A stretch of 64,000 nt of DNA, from NCBI GenBank assembly GCA_943789165.1, contig CALSTB010000005.1, positions 56,398 to 120,397 on the forward strand. The letters run 5' to 3'. The position numbers and the translations under genes are program-made. This DNA is from an uncultured Bacteroidia bacterium. GTDB taxonomy: Bacteria > Bacteroidota > Bacteroidia > NS11-12g > UBA9320. Of the stretch, positions 48,639 through 57,576 are shown one piece after another (within the stretch, counting starts at the first letter, position 1; each line of letters begins with the position of its first letter). The notes beneath the pieces are model-generated. The model was not told the DNA's origin and did not search any database. It saw only the letters and a program-made list of their open reading frames with translations.

Positions 48639-51600
48639 CCAAACATGCAATACTCCCGAGTACACGTGTTTGGTTCCATCTATTGCGATGATGTCTATAT
48701 TCATCAAATACACACCTGGAAACAAGTCTTTGTTGATGAGGTTGTTTTTGTCTTTCGACTCAACCACCATTACCCCAAATCGGTCGTATAAGCTTAACTC
48801 AATACTTTGAATATTGTGGTTTGGCACAACGTTAAAAGATTCGTTGATGCCGTCGTTGTTAGGACTGTAGGTGTTTGGGATGTAGAATTCATACTCTCCA
48901 GATACAGTAGCCATGTTCTCTGTAGTGTCTAAACAACCTTCCTCAGATTCGATAATCAAACGGATGACATGTTCTCCGTTCTGGGTAAATAAGTGTATAA
49001 ATGAACCATCGTTTTGCTCCATCTCCGCATTGTCGATCGTCCAGAAATTACGCATATTGCGTATAGACGTATTGGTTATTTCCACTTCGAAACCATCAGA
49101 TTCTTTAACCTCAAATGACGCTTCTGGTTGTTCGTATACATCAATATCTACATAAGATGTGTCCACGCAAATTCCATTGCTCTCAACAATGAAAGCCACC
49201 TGCTTTTTCCCAGCTGTGGTATATGCATGAACCACACTATCTGTATAAAAAGACTGACCGTCAATCAACCAATTGTATGATTTATAATCACCAGTTATGG
49301 AAGAGTTGAAGGTGAATTCTGCGTTTGGTAGGCAGCCGCTTACCGTATTGGGTAAGATTGTCCCTTTGGGAGCTTCAATCACGTTTATGTTGACTGATAG
49401 TGTATCGCTGATGCAACCTTGACTGAACATAACAAATTTAACATTGTATTGTCCAGAGTCAGAATAACGGTGCGTATTTTGGGATCCATCGGATGAGAAA
49501 AAACTGTTGCCATCACCATAGTCCCAGTAGCTGGAATCTAAATCAAAGTCAAATTCAACATTGGTCTTTATAGTGACATTCAATGCTTCTTTAGGACAAA
49601 TGTTGTTTGCATGCACAACCATATTCGGCTTAGGTTTTGCCCCAACGTAAATCGTTACTTTACTAGAATCTGTACATTCATAATGTCTCGCAGTTACGGT
49701 AACGTCGTATTTGCCTTTGGTATATGCATGTGAGCTGTAAGGTAATATTGGGTTGGCTGTAGCCGTAGTTTGGTCGCCATAATTCCAGTGAATTTCTTGC
49801 GTTCCTCCTGTTCCGTTGCTGTGGGTTAATTGGTAATTGAAATCAACTGTAGCGATTGAATCACAGTAAATCGAATCCATAGGAAGAAATTGAATCGACG
49901 GTGTTGTAAGGATGTCGTAATACGCAGTATCTGTATGCACAACACATCCTAAATCAGTCTTTTGTTTGAAATAGACATAATCTTGATGCTTTAAGCTGTC
50001 TGTGCTATACACGATATCAGGTCCACCGATTATTTTATTACCATTCAGGTAAACCACATTTTCGGAGAAATAGGCAGAAGGTTTTGCTGTAATGGTGCTT
50101 CCGTAACACGCAACGACATCTGAACTTATGACACTAGCGCGTTTGACTGTTTCTATTGTAATGGCAGGAGAATAGGCGGCTTGGAACATGTCGGTTGCTG
50201 TTTGCGTAGATCTAATCCTAAATCTATAATTGGTAGCAGTTGTATCAGTTTCTGAAATCACATACGAGAAACTTCCGGTCGTTTGAGAAGAGATTAGGCT
50301 ATCAACAGGTGTAAAACTTGAAAAGGCACCAGATCCATCAGTCAATTCAAGAATAAATTGATTGCTTGCGTCTGGTGTAAACCACGTTTTAAATGGAATC
50401 AGAATCGTATCTGAATTACAATATAGGTTTCGGAAGCCATCGCTAAATTCTATAGGCGATTTGAAATGATTTGTTTGGTATTCTGTAAGAACAACATCTT
50501 CAGTGTCGAAATAGAGGCCTACTCTGTTCTGAACAAGCGTATCAACGAATATGTCTTTTTTAAGGGCAATACTAAAAGTCACACTGCCAATGCTCCCTGG
50601 TTCGTCGATAGATTTTGGTGGTAGATGTATGCCATTAAACTCAAACCAAAGGTGGTTCCCTTCTAAAATGTAGGCAAACTCGTGGCTACTTCTGTGGACT
50701 TGCAAAGTCGACAAATCAAATAAGTCCGATAGTGTGTCTCTTACAACCACATCGATGGCCGACGCTGTTCCTTCGTTTTGAAATTCTACCGTATACGTTA
50801 AGCGTCTATCTGTAACCGTGAAAATGCTATCTGGGTAAGCGGTTTTGATATTTGGGTCGTATGGCGCAACCACAACTAACACCGCTGTGTCTGCGTTGTT
50901 GGTTCTATTCCCATCATTTTTAGTAGACGAAGAATCACTCGAAGCGATGAAGGAAATTTTATTACCAACTGAAAGTCCTTTTGTCGCCAAATACAATGAC
51001 AAACGATGATTTACGTTTGGTAAAAGGTTGTACACCGTTGTTTGATAGGTCCCAGATCCCAATGAAGTCCAAGATTTGTGACTCTTAGATAAAGTCGCAA
51101 TATTGTTTGCGGTTTCAACAGTGATGACAGCGCTATCAATAACGGATATGCCTTTGTTGCTCACCACTAAGTTGGCGTAACAATCTGTTCCTTTTCTAAC
51201 AGTTGTGCCTGAACTAAAGCCCAGTTTGACATCAAGGTCTGTAATGGTTTTATGGTAGTTAATAAAGGTATCGATGTGCTTTGTTTCATTTGCGGAGAGC
51301 GAAATAGAAATGGATTTTGTACATCTGTTTTTCCAGATACTCGTGTCGTTAACGAGGGAAATCGCGTACTTACCCGAATCTAAATTAAACAAATAGTAAC
51401 CATCCTTATCTGTAGTCACGTAGTGATTACCAGGCTGTGCGACTACCATTTGACCTCGAATTGGTTTTGAACTAGAATCTATCTTACAAGACGTGCCACC
51501 AGTATACACGTAGCCAGCAATACCATCTTTTAGTTTTGAGTAAAACACAATGTCATGAATCGAATCTTTCTGAATTTGTATTGTGTCAGAAGCGCACTGG

Positions 51601-53105
51601 TCTACATACCACGGACTTGGCATTAATGAAGCGACAGTAGTTCCTGTATCCACACAAAATGCAAAACCCCCATTTGACTCTGTGTATTGATAATACCCTT
51701 GATTCGAAAAGCCTACTTTCCGAATGTGCCGTAAACTATCTTCCCCCGTGTTTTGGGTGCAATTGCTATTGATGTCGTTTAGCGTGAATCCATGCACTTT
51801 CCCAGTAGCGTTTGTTGTGTCAAACTGTAATCTGTAAACGTAAGTGGATACCGCATTTAAAGGGCACGCATTGTCACGTATCGTAATAGGAAATACGAGA
51901 GGGTGTTGTGTTAACTTGGTTAAATCGACCTTTGCTATATCTAAACATATTTCAGCAGCGGGGTTGGTGTCTGTGGGATTAAGAATGTGGAAAGTAACAC
52001 CATAAGGTAGTGTTGGAGGTACGAATGAAACGGTATCCGCAGGAGGTGCCGCAAATGGAGGTGGAGGGACTAAAACCTTATCGTACGTTTGTATCGTAAA
52101 GCAATATTCTTCCATGCATGGCGTCAGCTTTATAGTCTGTATTTTTTCACCTTTAATAATTGGCGGATTGTTTCCAGGGCATAGTGTCGTGATGTATTGC
52201 ATGTCACGTCTCGTTATGCCAATCTTTCTATAAGTACCAGCTGAATCCTTGCGCCACTCTGTAATTTCCAACACGGCAACAGTGATTTCGTCACACTTTG
52301 TAGGTGTCCAAATCATTGACCCATTGGCTTCATCTAAATAGATACCAATTGGAGGAGTTGCATTTGGATTGTTGTAAGGATACTTTAAAGTCCCGGGGTA
52401 ATATACTTGAAAAGGCTGCTCAAAAGTATAATTACCACTGTACGAGATTTTATTGTTATATCCTCTCAATGGATTTGCAAACGAATAGGATAAAGAATCA
52501 AAGTCTGTTAGATCGAAACCACCAACCGAAGAATAACTAGGTTGGTTGCAACACAACTGTCCAATTGGAGGATATAAAAACTGTGGAGAATTGTTAACCG
52601 GAGCCTCACACAGATTAATCAAAGCATAGGTATAGAAATTCTGATTTGCAGCACCAGTGTTGATGTTACTATTGCGACAGCATTGACCTGTCTCTAACCG
52701 TATTTCACATGTTCCATTGGAAAGTAAATTACTGTAAGGTGCTTTTTTGAAATCTACACTAACTGTATAAGTGTGCGCTTCAATGCCATCACCCGTTCTA
52801 CTAGTGTTTGAAGGATAACACCTTGCACTTGCTGATTTACATAAAGGTGTTACCTCTTTGATGGATTCAAGATTCAAGGATACGCCAACCTTTGTTCCAG
52901 TTTGTTGCGAAATAAACTGAGTGTTAGAACTTGGGTTGCTAACTGGAACTCCACCACAATAACGATAGTAAACTAATTTAAACGTATACGCATATGCCGA
53001 ATCACAGGTATAGGTAATATCGGCCCCCATAACGTGGGTAGCATATGACTTGCTTCCAATACCTAGGCATATTACGGTGATTAACAAACAAAGAAACTTT
53101 TTCAT
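48636..53105 (-). CDS. Large (1489 aa) cell-surface protein with PKD-like domains and a T9SS type-B C-terminal sorting domain
   Basis: Signal peptide. PKD motifs (WNYGDQT..., WDYGDGNSF...). C-terminal YEFYIPNTYSPNNDGINESFNV...GVYLMNIDIIAIDGTKHVYSGVLHVW matches the type-B CTD (TIGR04131-like). Confidence 0.8.
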   Translation of the reverse strand: MKKFLCLLITVICLGIGSKSYATHVMGADITYTCDSAYAYTFKLVYYRYCGGVPVSNPSSNTQFISQQTGTKVGVSLNLESIKEVTPLCKSASARCYPSNTSRTGDGIEAHTYTVSVDFKKAPYSNLLSNGTCEIRLETGQCCRNSNINTGAANQNFYTYALINLCEAPVNNSPQFLYPPIGQLCCNQPSYSSVGGFDLTDFDSLSYSFANPLRGYNNKISYSGNYTFEQPFQVYYPGTLKYPYNNPNATPPIGIYLDEANGSMIWTPTKCDEITVAVLEITEWRKDSAGTYRKIGITRRDMQYITTLCPGNNPPIIKGEKIQTIKLTPCMEEYCFTIQTYDKVLVPPPPFAAPPADTVSFVPPTLPYGVTFHILNPTDTNPAAEICLDIAKVDLTKLTQHPLVFPITIRDNACPLNAVSTYVYRLQFDTTNATGKVHGFTLNDINSNCTQNTGEDSLRHIRKVGFSNQGYYQYTESNGGFAFCVDTGTTVASLMPSPWYVDQCASDTIQIQKDSIHDIVFYSKLKDGIAGYVYTGGTSCKIDSSSKPIRGQMVVAQPGNHYVTTDKDGYYLFNLDSGKYAISLVNDTSIWKNRCTKSISISLSANETKHIDTFINYHKTITDLDVKLGFSSGTTVRKGTDCYANLVVSNKGISVIDSAVITVETANNIATLSKSHKSWTSLGSGTYQTTVYNLLPNVNHRLSLYLATKGLSVGNKISFIASSDSSSTKNDGNRTNNADTAVLVVVAPYDPNIKTAYPDSIFTVTDRRLTYTVEFQNEGTASAIDVVVRDTLSDLFDLSTLQVHRSSHEFAYILEGNHLWFEFNGIHLPPKSIDEPGSIGSVTFSIALKKDIFVDTLVQNRVGLYFDTEDVVLTEYQTNHFKSPIEFSDGFRNLYCNSDTILIPFKTWFTPDASNQFILELTDGSGAFSSFTPVDSLISSQTTGSFSYVISETDTTATNYRFRIRSTQTATDMFQAAYSPAITIETVKRASVISSDVVACYGSTITAKPSAYFSENVVYLNGNKIIGGPDIVYSTDSLKHQDYVYFKQKTDLGCVVHTDTAYYDILTTPSIQFLPMDSIYCDSIATVDFNYQLTHSNGTGGTQEIHWNYGDQTTATANPILPYSSHAYTKGKYDVTVTARHYECTDSSKVTIYVGAKPKPNMVVHANNICPKEALNVTIKTNVEFDFDLDSSYWDYGDGNSFFSSDGSQNTHRYSDSGQYNVKFVMFSQGCISDTLSVNINVIEAPKGTILPNTVSGCLPNAEFTFNSSITGDYKSYNWLIDGQSFYTDSVVHAYTTAGKKQVAFIVESNGICVDTSYVDIDVYEQPEASFEVKESDGFEVEITNTSIRNMRNFWTIDNAEMEQNDGSFIHLFTQNGEHVIRLIIESEEGCLDTTENMATVSGEYEFYIPNTYSPNNDGINESFNVVPNHNIQSIELSLYDRFGVMVVESKDKNNLINKDLFPGVYLMNIDIIAIDGTKHVYSGVLHVW

Positions 53106-53242
53106 GATGTGGTTTTACCTTACGCAAATTCGGTAAATTTTGACTCGAATCCTAGCAGCACACTTTGTCATAATTTCCACGTGACACAATAATTACATTC
53201 TAAAAAACGCTATTACTAATACCCTATTGAATTGAAATTGAA

Positions 53243-53995
53243 ATGTTTAGATTGTTGTCCTGTATGGTTTTGGTCTGCCTAGGTGTCACCTCCTATGGAC
53301 AAATCATCGTAGTTACCGATACGGTACCTCAAGAACACAGCCTTCAAGAAACACGTAGTACCCAAGTGCTTGAGCTTAAAATGCAACAGTTAGAACTCAA
53401 TAGAAAAATAGAGTTATTGCAGCGAGACACAACAGATCTAAACAAAGAAATTAATCTTCTAAAAAAAGAAAACACAGAGTTAGGGAATGAACTCAGTCAA
53501 TACAAAAATGGCATTTTCTTTGGCATCGGCTTTGGCTTTAATTACTTCACTAGTAGTCCACCCAAATATTACATCAAAAACGACAGCACCATTGGGGAGT
53601 ACGGAAACGAGAATGGCTTAAGCTTTATTTTAAGTGGATTTATGGCGTATAAAATCAAAGAAAAGCACAGCCTCATTTTTAATGTACCATTAGGTGACGT
53701 CACCAATAGAGAAGAGTTTAAGATTGGTTTGTTCAATCAAAAAATGGCTGGAGGAATAGGGTACGGCCGCAACCTGGGGAACGTATCCCTAATTTTTATC
53801 ATGAATATTAGTCCATACGAATCCATTGAGAAAGAACTGCTTTCTGAAGAAAAATTTGATATGGAGAAATACACCAAAATTGACCCAAGAGACTACCCAA
53901 GCACAACGCGGTATAGTCCGAGTTTTACCATTGGGTTTTCTTATAATTTTCAAAGTGGTGGGCAAATCAACCCAGCCAATCTGACGGGTTATTAG
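53243..53995 (+). CDS. Secreted hypothetical protein: signal peptide, coiled coil, beta-rich C-terminal half
   Basis: Signal peptide MFRLLSCMVLVCLGVTSYGQ. Coiled coil LELKMQQLELNRKIELLQRDTTDLNKEINLLKKENTELGNEL. A Gly/aromatic beta-rich region follows. Confidence 0.4.
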   Translation: MFRLLSCMVLVCLGVTSYGQIIVVTDTVPQEHSLQETRSTQVLELKMQQLELNRKIELLQRDTTDLNKEINLLKKENTELGNELSQYKNGIFFGIGFGFNYFTSSPPKYYIKNDSTIGEYGNENGLSFILSGFMAYKIKEKHSLIFNVPLGDVTNREEFKIGLFNQKMAGGIGYGRNLGNVSLIFIMNISPYESIEKELLSEEKFDMEKYTKIDPRDYPSTTRYSPSFTIGFSYNFQSGGQINPANLTGY

Positions 53996-55641
53996 GTCTG
54001 TAATACACCAACATTAAATGCCTCAACTGGTTGGTTGTTGGCCATTTCGATACCAGAAGATATCCAATCACGCGTATGTACGGGGTCAATAATGGCATCT
54101 ACCCACAATCGAGAAGCGGCATATTCTGGAGTTGTTTGTTCGTTATACCGATTAATGATTTTATCTAAAAGGCTTTTTCGTCTTTCGCAGTTATTTCTTC
54201 TCCAGTTTTCTTCAGCAGATGCTTTCTCGATTTGTAACAACACCTTGGCTGCTTGTTCTCCTCCCATTACCGCAATCTTGGCTGTTGGCCAAGCGACAAT
54301 CAAACGCGGATCATACGCTTTACCACACATGGCATAGTTGCCTGCTCCATAACTGTTGCCCATGATTATGGTAAATTTAGGAACTGTACTGTTGCTCATC
54401 GCATTCACCATTTTGGCACCATCTTTTATGATACCTCCTTGTTCAGATCGTGAACCAACCATAAAACCAGTTACGTCTTGTAAAAACACCAACGGAATTT
54501 TTTTCTGGTTGCAGTTCATGATAAACCGTGCTGCTTTGTCGGCAGAGTCGCTAGTAAATGACACCTCCAAACTGCATTTCTCCTTTTTTGGTTTTAACGA
54601 TTTGTCGGTTGTTGGCAACCACTACCAACTGCCCAGCCATTGATTCTACCAAACCCACAAATAATGGTTTTACCAAAATCTTTTTTATACTGTTCAAAAA
54701 CTCCGTCGTCCATTAACTGTGTGACAAGCGTGATTGAATCATAAGGCTTACCTCGATCATGCGGCATGATGCCATACAATTTCTTTTGGTCAGGAATGCT
54801 GAATTTCTTATCGCTGTGATTGAAGCCAGCTATTTCGAAACTACCAACCTTGTCCATCAAGAATTTTATTCGATCCAGACACTGCTTCGTCGTTTGGGAA
54901 CCGATCATCTATGACGCCAGACATTTCTGTTTGAGAAACGGAGCCTCCTAATGTTTCGTTGTCAATGGTCTTCTCCGATGGCTGCCTTTACCAAGATAGG
55001 ACTTCCTGCTAGGAAAAGACTGGAACCGGTTTTGTCAACGATTAGTGCCTCGTCTGCTCATAATCGGGTAGGTAGGCACCGCCGGCCACACAGCTGCCCA
55101 TTACGGCAGCAATTTGAGCGATGCCTTTGCTACTCAGTCATAGCGTTATTTCTAAAGATTCGACCGAAGTGTTCTTTGTCGGGAAGATTTCGTCTTGCAT
55201 AGGAAGATATACGCCTGCACTATCCACCAAATAGATAATGGGTAGCCTGTTTTCCAACGCAATTTCCTGAAACCGTAAGTTCTTTTTACCGGTGATTGGA
55301 AACCATGCACCCGCTTTAACCGTCGCGTCGTTTGCTACTATGATGCATTGACGGCCTTGTATCTTCGTAATGCCACCAACGACTCCCCCGGCAGGACAGC
55401 CTCCATGTTCGGCATACATACCATCACCCTGCATGCGCACCTATTTCCAAGAAAGTAGCGTCATCGTCCTTTAAGTAGTCGATACGCTCACGAGCCAGCA
55501 TCTTGCCTTTACTCTTTTTGTTTGGCTGCAGATTTTCCTCCTCCACCCATTTGATAGCACTTATTTGCCTATTGAGCTTCGAGACAAGTTGTCGGAGTCT
55601 TATCCTCGTTTCTTGTTAAATTCCAGTTGTTCTGCATTCAT
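53992..55641 (-). pseudogene. Acyl-CoA carboxylase carboxyltransferase subunit (propionyl-CoA carboxylase beta / methylmalonyl-CoA decarboxylase alpha family), fragmented by at least 4 frameshifts
   Basis: N-terminal MNAEQLEFNKKR... then [53 protein letters not shown] in another frame. The middle pieces are [19 protein letters not shown]... and LMDDGVFEQYKKDFGKTIICGFGRINGWAVG. The C-terminal piece is LVFLQDVTGFMVGSRSEQGGIIKDGAKMVNAMSNSTVPKFTIIMGNSYGAGNYAMCG. Confidence 0.8.
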
Positions 55642-55729
55642 ATTTCAAATATAGGATTCCCCTCGGGCTTCGCATTTCGCATTAAAAATAAATTTACCCA
55701 TTTTTTTAAATGAAAAGGAGTAAGAATGT

Positions 55730-55737
55730 TACTTTTG
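55730..55737 (+). promoter_or_regulatory. TACTTTTG -7 element immediately upstream of a hairpin/T-run unit
   Basis: tTACTTTTGcgc, the same 11-mer as at 21727. Confidence 0.3.
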
Positions 55738-55741
55738 CGCC

Positions 55742-55832
55742 GGCTGACACGACCAGCTCCCTTCGAACTCCCCCAGGGCAGGAATGCAGCAAGGGTAAGT
55801 AGGTTGTAGCGGTGCGATGTCAGCCTTTTTTT
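55742..55832 (+). ncRNA. Candidate small structured RNA or 5' attenuator: 8-bp closing stem enclosing approx. 68 nt, followed by T7
   Basis: ggctgaca (55742-55749) pairs with tgtcagcc (55818-55825). The enclosed region is GC-rich with internal ccc/ggg complementarity. TTTTTTT at 55826-55832 is on the + strand. It lies between a -7-like promoter motif and the fsa/tal start at 55943. Confidence 0.3.
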
Positions 55833-55942
55833 ATGGATTCATTTTTCTCTAAAATGGATTCTATTTCCAGATGACTTTTCTTAATTTTTTCAGGATTCAA
55901 TTGAAAAAAAACCGTTGATTTGCAGTCTAACAATTGTAACAA

Positions 55943-56599
55943 ATGAAATTTTTCGTCGACACCGCCAACTTAGACCAAATAGCAGAAGCACAAGATCTCG
56001 GAATCTTGGATGGAGTAACTACCAACCCATAGCTTGATGGCCAAAGAAGGTATTTCTGGAGTAGATAATGTATTAGCACATTACAAAGCCATTTGTGATA
56101 TCGTAGATGGGGACGTAAGTGCTGAAGTTATTTCAACCGATTTCGCTGGTATGGTGAGAGAAGGTGAAACTTGGCACAGATTGACGATAAGATAGTGGTT
56201 AAAGTTCCGATGATTAAGGATGGTGTAAAGGCGATTAGCTATTTCACCGACAATGGAATCAAAACCAATTGTACTTTGGTGTTTTCGGCTGGACAAGCAA
56301 TATTAGCAGCAAAAGCGGGTGCTACTTACTTGTCACCGTTTATTGGTCGTGTTGACGACATTAGTTGGGATGGTATGGAGTTGATTGAGCAAATCAGCAA
56401 TATTTATGCGATTCAAGGATTTTCAACACAAATATTAGCTGCGTCTATTCGCAACCCTTTACACATTGTAAAAGCCGCTGAAGCCGGCGCCGATGTTTGT
56501 ACCTGTCCATTAAGTTCAATCTTAGGATTGTTAAACCACCCATTAACAGATATAGGATTAGCAAAATTTTTGGCAGATCATCAAAAATCAAGCAACTAA
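55943..56599 (+). pseudogene. Fructose-6-phosphate aldolase / transaldolase (TalC/Fsa family) interrupted by at least 2 frameshifts
   Basis: [29 protein letters not shown] runs into a TAG stop. SLMAKEGISGVDNVLAHYKAICDIVDGDVSAEVISTDFAGMVREGET is in a second frame. IVVKVPMIKDGVKAISYFTDNGIKTNCTLVFSAGQAILAAKAGATYLSPFIGRVDD...GADVCTCP is in a third. Confidence 0.8.
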
Positions 56600-56621
56600 T
56601 CGGATAAGAAAAACGTTATAA

Positions 56622-56651
56622 AGAGCAACTACCTGTAGTTGCTCTTTTTTA
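56622..56651 (+). terminator. Rho-independent terminator after the fsa/tal gene
   Basis: agagcaacta / tagttgctct stem with loop cctg, followed by TTTTTT. Confidence 0.7.
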
Positions 56652-56669
56652 TTTATTATTACCCCGATT

Positions 56670-57392
56670 TTGAAAAACATCGTCATCATACCGACCTACA
56701 ACGAAATTGAGAATGTGGAACACATGATCAGGACAGTCATGTCTTTAGATTTCGAGGTTGACCTTCTCATTGTTGACGATAATTCTCCAGATGGGACAGG
56801 TACAAAAGTGACCGAGTTGCAAAAGGAGTTTGATAACCTGTTTCTAGAAACGAGAAAAGAAAAGAATGGATTAGGTACGGCCTATATCCATGGGTTTAAA
56901 TGGTGTTTGGATCATCAATACGATTTCATTTTTGAAATGGATTGTGATTTTTCACACAACCCCAAAGACTTAATTCGATTATGGGAAGCATGCCAAGACG
57001 AATCTGTGGGCGTTGCTGTTGGATCAAGATACGTAGACAATTTGGTAAACGTAGTTAACTGGCCAATGGGTCGGGTTTTACTTTCTTATTTCGCGTCTAT
57101 GTATGTTCGGTTCATTACACGGATGAAGATTATGGATACCACAGCGGGTTTTGTGTGTTATAAATCAGAAGTCTTAAAAGCCATCAACTTAGATAAAATT
57201 CGATTTAGAGGGTATGCGTTTCAAATTGAGATGAAGTTCACAGCACTAAAGCACGGTTTTAGTATCGTTGAGGTTCCAATCATCTTCACAGATCGAACCA
57301 AAGGCACTTCTAAAATGAGTAAAGGTATTGTTAAAGAGGCACTTTTAGGTGTCATTCAAATGAAGCTTCAAAGCTTTTTTAGGAAGTATTAA
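56670..57392 (+). CDS. GT2 family glycosyltransferase, polyprenol-phosphate mannose/glucose synthase-like
   Basis: IVIIPTYNEIENVEHMI ... DLLIVDDNSPDGT ... DCD; TTG start; 240 aa. Confidence 0.85.
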   Translation: MKNIVIIPTYNEIENVEHMIRTVMSLDFEVDLLIVDDNSPDGTGTKVTELQKEFDNLFLETRKEKNGLGTAYIHGFKWCLDHQYDFIFEMDCDFSHNPKDLIRLWEACQDESVGVAVGSRYVDNLVNVVNWPMGRVLLSYFASMYVRFITRMKIMDTTAGFVCYKSEVLKAINLDKIRFRGYAFQIEMKFTALKHGFSIVEVPIIFTDRTKGTSKMSKGIVKEALLGVIQMKLQSFFRKY

Positions 57393-57576
57393 AGCCGTCC
57401 CAAAATAGGAATGACCATCGCCGTATTGGGAATTATTCCACTTTTATTTAAAAAGTAACATCTTGTAAGGAGCACGTAGTCAGCGTGTTGTATATTAGTT
57501 TTTCTTTGGTAAGCTAGTTGTAAACCCTATGCTGTAGTCAAAGTGTGCCGTGTGCATACTTTTTAATTATAGTCGC

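Noticed and set aside
53243-53995. Calling the 250-aa secreted protein PorP/SprF partner of the type-B CTD adhesin
   Set aside because: The N-terminal coiled coil and the short length are unlike PorP/SprF beta-barrels. It is retained only as a hypothesis in the findings.
55742-55832. Possible SRP (4.5S/ffs) RNA because of CAGGGCAGGAAUGCAGCAAGGG resembling the GGAAGGAAGCAGCCAAGG helix-8 motif
   Set aside because: Alignment to the E. coli or B. subtilis domain IV consensus requires deleting about 7 conserved nucleotides (UCCGGAAG) and the symmetric-loop architecture is not recoverable. It is kept only as a generic structured-RNA candidate.
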